NCBI GenBank assembly: GCA_905178155.1
Contig: CAJINV010000007.1
Coordinates: forward strand, 3,019,151 to 3,083,150
DNA length: 64,000 nucleotides
DNA from: Amoebophrya sp. A120
Taxonomy: Eukaryota > Protista > Dinoflagellata
Direction of reading: 5' to 3'
Part shown: one piece after another, positions 57,501-64,000 of the stretch
How the letters are laid out: the number at the start of each line of letters is the position of its first letter
How positions within the stretch are numbered: the stretch's first letter is position 1
Position numbers and translations under genes: made by a program
The notes under the pieces: model-generated
The model's database searches: none
The model's input: only the letters and a program-made list of their open reading frames with translations
Told to the model about the DNA's origin: nothing

Positions 57501-58404
57501 TGTTTACGTTGCTCCGGGGTTCTGCAGCCAAAAAACCGCGGTCGACGCAAATGCCAACGCCTTCTCGAGTTCGCAGCTGTGCAACTTTCTGTGGGGGCTC
57601 AGTGTGTTGACGGTTGTTGTGCGGAAGAGTTCTGCCACAAACCGGCCTATTGAAAAAAATTCGCTCCCGAACAAACTACTATCGGAAGAGCACTTGGTTT
57701 ACTATCACGATTTGGTGCAGACTTTGCATCAACAGGGAAAATTTTCTGACACGGACCTCGTCGAGCTTTTCTGCGCAGCAACCGTGTTTCCGGAGCTGTT
57801 AGCGTCACGGGCAAATGGCGGCGGAGAAATTTCGCGGCTGCGACGGTGCGCGGAGACTATGTTTGAAAAGTCCCGGACAATCGGCAGTGATTCTCTGCTG
57901 GAAGAGAAAGTGAAGAAAAAACTCGAGGACATCGTTTTGGAACGCTTGCCCTTGCGCAACATCGAGATGAGAATGACTCCAGCTGTGACAATCAAGCGGC
58001 AGTATCGCATCCCGGGAACGCACTTGGACGCGGATTTTTTGGTTTCGTGGAACGAGGGCTGTGCTGCCGCCGGCCCGTCGAATCATGCAACCGGTACTCA
58101 AAATACGCAAGGAGGGATGTTGTCGCGAGAAGCTGTAGTTCTAATTGAGGTCGATGGCCCCTCGCACTTTGTCTACGATTTAGAAGAGAAGACGTTCAGC
58201 CCAAACGGGGTCACGCAATGCAAGAGGATCTTGTTGGGGCAACACTTGGTGCACGTTGCGCGCGATAAGTTTTGCGGAGAAGCTGGAGGGCCGGCGAGCG
58301 CAAGAAGTGGCAGAGTCTTGTCTATCTCGTGGCTGCAACTTGACAACGAGGAGGAAGCGCGTATGATTCTGGACCGAATTATTTCGCAGACGAGAAGACT
58401 GTAA
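54592..58404 (+). CDS. RAP-domain protein with FAST/HPR-like helical repeats
   Basis: PQEIANVLWA, LQDFANACWA, PQDVANVVWS, SSQLCNFLWG and C-terminal RAP (ADFLV...VLIEVDGPSHF...TQCKRILL). Two introners removed; the start is uncertain. Confidence 0.85.
54951..55271. mobile_element. Introner family 2 (321 bp), TSD CACCG
   Basis: Perfect 20-bp TIR TATCAAAAGGAAAAATCCCC and a perfect TSD; restores LGFTHRPRISENG. Confidence 0.96.
56321..56502. mobile_element. Degenerate introner (182 bp), flanks CACCG/CACGT
   Basis: TATCTCGGAGGAATAG vs rc TATCCTTCAGGAAAAG; removal restores the repeat FQPRH(L/V)ANILWS. Confidence 0.8.
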
Positions 58405-59169
58405 GCAAAACATTTTCGAAGCAGTGGAAAATCTAACGAAGTTTGTATGCCCAAATTAGAAGTGGCTGCGCGAACTGTGAAGACTAAAATGTACAACGAT
58501 TGCGCGAAAATTTTCGGATGCTCACATCTAATGAAAAATAATGTAAGAACAACAAGAGAGTCGACAAGTGCGCAGCCATCTTACAACACGTCATTGGATT
58601 TGCGCAGTTACAGTTGCAAGTCGCTGTTCGCGAAAAACAATAATGCATTGTGCATAGTCCAACACCAACAGTACTTGTCGGTCCAAAAGGAAGTTAGCTT
58701 GTCCTGTCAGCGCAACATACAGGGTCGGTGACAAAAAACGAAACTAGATGTCGGTTGAGGTACTACTCTACTACGTCTCTATGGTACCCCCTGTACTTCC
58801 CCATCGTTTTCGTTTTTTTCCTCTGCATCGAGAGTCAGATGCTGCCCTTCAAAAAGGCGCCAAATTGATACTATCGCTTGTGCTCTCATCAACTCGTCCA
58901 TTTCGTTCTCACTTTTCACAGGGCCCCTTCCCAGTTTCGTTGTGTAGCTGTAGTTGACACATGCAAGTAGGTTTCTGTGCAAACTTTTTTTCCCCTGCTT
59001 GTGCAATTTTTTTGCAATGGAGCTATGTGGTCTTTATGTAGTTCTTTTCCATCATCTTAACATGTGCAGTATCTATGCTCTTGCTTACATGACCTAACCG
59101 TTGCAGTATAGTAGAACTTTTTTTCATTTTTCCCTTACTTTTTTTACGGATCGGCATTTTGTTGCTATC

Positions 59170-62100
59170 ATGTCGTTTCCATTTTTCCTTTTGCGGACGT
59201 CAGTAGCTTATTTCTACCCTGCTTTTCTGTTTTCTTTTGTGTGCAGTAGCAGCAGTAGTCAATATCATGATATTGATCCCAGTAGCGGAAAAATTAGCGA
59301 TGCTGCCTTATCGCATCATCGAGTACAACTAGTTACTGGAGTTGAAAGAGAAGAAAATGGAAATCACTACGGGCACGACCAGCAAAAAACCTTCCGCGGC
59401 GTCCACCAAGCAATCGACGTTGCCGCGCACCAACAGGGTTCAAACCATGCTGCCGAACAAGACGCACGCTCCCCCAGCGCGCCGCTCCGGCGGCTTCCCG
59501 GCCCCGCGAAGGGCGGCACGCCGACATACTACTCGCCGACGCACTGCGGCTACACGTGGTCCAGCTGGAGCGCGTGCAGCGGGGGCACGCAGTCGCGGAC
59601 GTACATGATCCACACGTACCCCGCGAACGGGGGCACCGCCTGCCAGTACAGCAACGGCGCGACGCAGAGCCAGGCGTGCGGTACGAACTGCGTGGGGAGC
59701 TGGGACTACACCACCGCGCAACTGCAGGCGCAGTGCGCGGGGAACGGGGAGCAGCGAACCCGGACGTACACGCACACGACGGTGGTGGCGAACGGGGGCG
59801 TGGATTGCACAACCTCGAACGGCGCGACGGAAAGCATCACCTGTCCCACGACCACCACGCCGGCGCCCACGACCACCACCACCACCACGACGGTCACAAC
59901 CACGACGACGTTGACGACAACCATCACGACGACGACCACGGTTACCACAACGCTGACGAGCACCACAACGTCGACCAGTACGACAACGTCGACCACCACG
60001 ACAACGTCCACAAGCGCCACCACCGTCACCACGACCAGCACGTTTACGACAACCTCAACGCTCACCACCACCACCTCCACCACTACCACCAAAGGCGATT
60101 GCGACGCGGTTGACTGCGTCGGGGCGTACGGTGCCTTTTCCGCCTGCTCGAACGGCCAGAAGAGCCGCACCTACGCGATCAGCGTGGTGCCGTACTGCGG
60201 CGGGTCCTACTGCCCGGCCAGCCACGGGGACGTGAACACGGAAACGTGCGGGACGCCGTGCAATGGCAGCTGGAGCGCGTGGAGTAGTTGCACTGCTGGT
60301 AACGGCGGCACGGCGCCCACCCGAACCTACACGCGGACGCAGGAAGCAGCGGACGGCGGACTGGAGTGCGCGTTTGCCAATAACCAGGTGGAGACCAGCA
60401 CGGTGTTGTGCGCGACCAGCACGACGACAACGACGACGACGAGCACCAGTACGTCGACTAGTACAGTGACAGTAACGCAGGCCATGCTCACGACGACCAG
60501 TACTTCGACAACGACGACCACGACCACTACCACGAGAACTTTGACCACCACAGTTACCACGACCGTGACAGTGACGACAACCACGACAGTCACCACCACC
60601 GGCGCCACCGTTGTCGAAACAGCGGAGGTGTTGGCGTTGAGCCCGGAATTTTCGATGCAACTCTCCCCGGACGTGAACGTGGCGTCGCTAGCGGAAGACA
60701 CGGACTTCACGAAAGCGATGTGCGATTCCATGCTGAGTTACTTGAGTGCGGAGCTGGGGAGCGACACGACGTGCGAGGTGGTCAGCGTCTCGGTCGGAAG
60801 TGGGAGTGGGCGGAGGAAGTTATTTCGCGGCCGTGATGATCGTGGAAAGGAGAGCTGGAGTCATGCCGGGGCTAGGACCAGTCAGGACGGGGAAGGGTAT
60901 TGGTCTCCTGATGTAAAAACGAGCAGAAGAAGTCTGCAGGTGTCCACTTCTGTCGTCGTTGATTTTGAATTTGCGATCCCCAGTTCATCATCATCTCCAA
61001 CTGCGGCGGGTGGAAGTAGTGGAACCGGCAGTACCGGCAGCTCCTCCTCGTCCTCCAGCATCGCTACTGTCGCGGCCAGCCTGCAGGCAAAGTCCCTGGA
61101 CAGCGCGGCGATCGCCAGTCTCGCGAACACCCAGATTAGCGCGGCGGGCAAGGCGAGCCTGATTTCCGTCCAGGAAGTGAAGACCACGAGCCTCGCCCCG
61201 GTCGAGCGCAAGGTGCTCCGGTTCGACTGGAGCGGCACGAGCTACGTGAACCACGACGAGTATCAGTAGGTCACCTGCGACAAGGGCGAGCGGTTGCGGT
61301 TCGTGTGGCCGGAGAGCAGTAATTTAAGTTTGTACGCCCTCCAAACCGAGCAGGCCTACATCGCGTGTAGCTTCAGCGAGGGCGTGAACGGGAGTAAACG
61401 ACCAACGATCAAAACACCTGCGCAAAACAGCGTCTCCTTCCTCCGTTCCGATTTTGACTGCACCAGCCAGGGGAGCTATTTGTTTGCTTCGAGTGAAAAG
61501 TGCAATTCCGGGCACCGCTTACGGGTGCAGGTGACGGACCTGTCGCAAACGGCTAGTTTGCGGGCCATGTTCAACCCGGAAACGAATAGGAATCACTACA
61601 CCTACGCCATGATCGCGAACGACTACATGATCCGCGCGGCGTACAACAAGGGATTTGCCACCGACCAGGAGGCGGACGAGGCGCAGAAGTATCTCTGGTG
61701 TGTGGAGCCGCACACGCCCGATTCCTGTTCTGACTGGTACAAGGCGAGTGACAACGTGGGGAACACGTGCCTCGCGCTGGTCGAGTCCGACATTGGGTAC
61801 GCGTTTCGAAAGAGGCCGACGCCGAATTTTGCAAAATCGCTGGAGTACTACGACAAGGCCCTGGCCTCGTTCCCGAGCTTTTGCCCGGCGCTGAGCTACA
61901 AGACGGAGCTGTTCTTGCAGATGGGGGAGAGTGCGCAAGCGGCGGCGCTGTTCCCGCAGACGTGCTCTAGTTGCGGAAAAGACAATTTGGACATGTACCA
62001 CGTGCGGAAGGCGTTTCGGGAGAAAAATGTCCAGATGCCGTGCGGGACCGCGTGTTTGGAGCCCAGCGACGCCTGTCTGGTGTACTCCGGAATTGGTACT

Positions 62101-63413
62101 ACTAATAGTGGTGCACTTGTTACAACCAGCACGGAACAAGCAGCACAAGCCGACTCCGCATCCGAAGCGGGTGGCAGCATGACGTTTGTGTTTGTCGCAG
62201 CGGGGGTCGGCGCGCTAGCCTTGCTCCTGGCCTCGGGCTACTTCATCAACAAGCGGATGCGGGAGCGGGAAACGGAGAAAATCTCCAACAGCGACGACGA
62301 CGTTGTGTATCAAATGCAAAAGTGTCTGGGTCTGGAAGAATGCAAGATTTGTGATGCAGGTTTTCCATGACCCATGAGGTCTCGATGCGAGACCCAGCAT
62401 GACAGATTCTTTGAGGTCTCTATCATGCCTTTCCTGCATGAGAAACTCCCTGTCAACTTGGTCAAAAGCAGACAGCTTTTGGCACTTACGCAGCACAGAT
62501 TTTTGCATCATTTAGATTTAGCATGACGTGTTCCATTCTTCCAGACCCAGACATTTTTACATTTGATATTGTGGAGAGAACCGCGATGGGGGTGAGTCCC
62601 AAGGCAAACAAAGAGCAGATTCTTGCCGGAAACATCAAACAAGGGGCGCAGCAGCATCCGAAGTCCGAATTTAAAAACAAGAAGGCCGCTTACGAGATCA
62701 TGGACGACGCGTACGACAACGGTTGCCTGGTCAATGTTCCGGACGACGAGGACCTGGCTGTTCATGCCAAGTCCTCGTCAACTACCCAGAAGACGACCGG
62801 AAACAGGAAGAAATCCGGGTCTTCGGGCCGGAATGGAACAGCATCAGCACCTCCGGACCCGGCGCAGCAACAGCAGCATGAAAGCTCTATGGCCCAGAAC
62901 TCCCGGGCCATGTTGGAAAATTTAAAGCGCGAGCAGAGGGAAATGAATGCGGCGCCGTCGCGCGGTCGGGATCGCGGCGGCCGGAACTCGGTCTTCGACG
63001 GTTCAAGCCGAGGAGCGGGGGACGGGAGACAGCTGAATGTGCACCAAAGTGGCACCAGTGGAGGGGTACCGGCACCCCCGGTCGAGCGGGTCCCCTCGTC
63101 GATCAGCGGCGTGACGCCGGTCCTAGCAGGGGGAGAAATAATTTCCAACGGCAAAACGTCGTCGCACAGCAAGAAGCCGCGCACAAAGAAGCCCTACGCA
63201 GACTACCAGCAAGAGATGCAAAACACGGTCCAAAAGCCGACCGGGGGTTTCACTAAGCCCAGCGAGCAGGGACGAAACAGCGGCAATTCTAGGGCGAATA
63301 GCTCTTCGTCCTCTTTCCGAGCCGCGTCGCTGGAAGTGCTGGCCGACGACAGCACCAATCTCCGATCGCCCGGGGCCTCCATCAAAAAACCCCCGAAAAA
63401 GGGGCGGAAGTAA
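59170..63413 (+). CDS. Type-I membrane adhesin-like protein: signal peptide, TSP1 repeats, Thr-rich stalks, SEA-like, cupredoxin-like and TPR-like segments, TM, long tail; one in-frame TAG
   Basis: WSSWSACSGGTQSRT and WSAWSSCT TSP1 motifs; poly-Thr; GERLRFVW...AYIACS...YLFASSEKCNSGHRLRVQV; TM FVFVAAGVGALALLLASGYFI. ORFs 59101..61269 and 61294..62370 share a frame, and the tail joins after removing 62308-62568. Confidence 0.8.
62308..62568. mobile_element. Introner family 1 (261 bp), TSD TTGTG
   Basis: Family-1 TIRs and a perfect TSD; restores SDDDVVERTAMG. Confidence 0.95.
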
Positions 63414-64000
63414 GTGGAGGTCAGGCTGTGACCACTCCGCACCTCAATTGAGTTTTCTTTTCTGGTCCAAACACTTGTCAAAATTTTTCGGCTGAGCTTC
63501 TTCGAAAATTTCAAGAATTTCCACTAACTCGGTTTTTTTTTTGTTTTTTCGTGCACGAAATTTGAACTGAGCTGCTTACTTAATGACGTTACGATAAGTA
63601 CGTAAATTTTTTGCAAAGACGAGCATCCAGTTGCTCACATGCACCTTGACTCGATATCAAATTCATTTTCATTTTAGAAAGTTGTCAATAGAACCACTAC
63701 CTACTTGTCAATATTGCGATGACCTCAGCGGATTCCCGCCCGGTCCGCTTTTTTGCGACCTCAATTTGGTTTCGCCGCAGGACTACTCTCATGCGGATCT
63801 GCCTTCGCAACATTGAGACTTAATACTTTTAGCCCTTGAATCATTTACACTTGTCAGTGAATTTTTTTTTACTAGTAAGCTAATATTCATCATGTCCCCG
63901 CATCAATAATGCTAATCGAGGAACACCCAGTGGCAGGCGTCGCCATTTACTCGAAAATAAAAAATCTGTGTGCAGCAATATGAACATTTTGAGTAGTCGT

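Noticed and set aside
59706-60731. Val-rich minus-strand ORFs
   Set aside because: Antisense shadows of the poly-Thr codons of the adhesin gene.
8389-62765. Recurring peptides IKCKNVWVWKNA / SNVKMSGSGRM / ILPDPDIFTFD in many short ORFs
   Set aside because: Translations of the family-1 TIR in different frames; not a protein family or transposase.
1-64000. Genome-wide stop-codon reassignment
   Set aside because: Long ORFs (1462, 1147, 827 aa) have no internal stops and conserved genes end at ordinary stops; only one isolated TAG and a frameshifted pseudogene region were seen.

Overview
Gene-dense, intron-rich eukaryotic DNA, most likely from a parasitic syndinian dinoflagellate of the genus Amoebophrya. 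This is inferred from co-oriented genes, RAP/helical-repeat proteins and TAT...ATA inverted-repeat introns. About 11 genes or pseudogenes lie on the minus strand (1-51.4 kb): a PPPDE/DeSI-PUB-STI1 protein, a Ser/Thr kinase, an LRR protein, BUB3, a helical-repeat/FAD-monooxygenase fusion, a rhomboid, a TLC-domain protein and others. A divergent strand switch with a 143-bp palindrome follows, then two plus-strand genes (a RAP-domain protein and a TSP1/mucin type-I membrane protein). The dominant signal is about 21 non-canonical introns that are miniature DNA transposons (introners): 133-327 bp, terminal inverted repeats TAT-N7-AAA...TTT-N7-ATA, and 5-bp target-site duplications (TSDs). Removing the element plus exactly 5 nt restores conserved reading frames. 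Copies range from pristine to old ones whose TSD has decayed while the spacing persists. The decayed copies place the splice junction after nt 4 of the upstream TSD. The same families sit in genes on both strands. A 931-bp relative with interlocking inverted repeats is nested in a BUB3 intron. Other oddities are the helical-repeat/flavin monooxygenase fusion and a lone in-frame TAG in the adhesin gene. All exon structures were inferred by eye and need RNA evidence.
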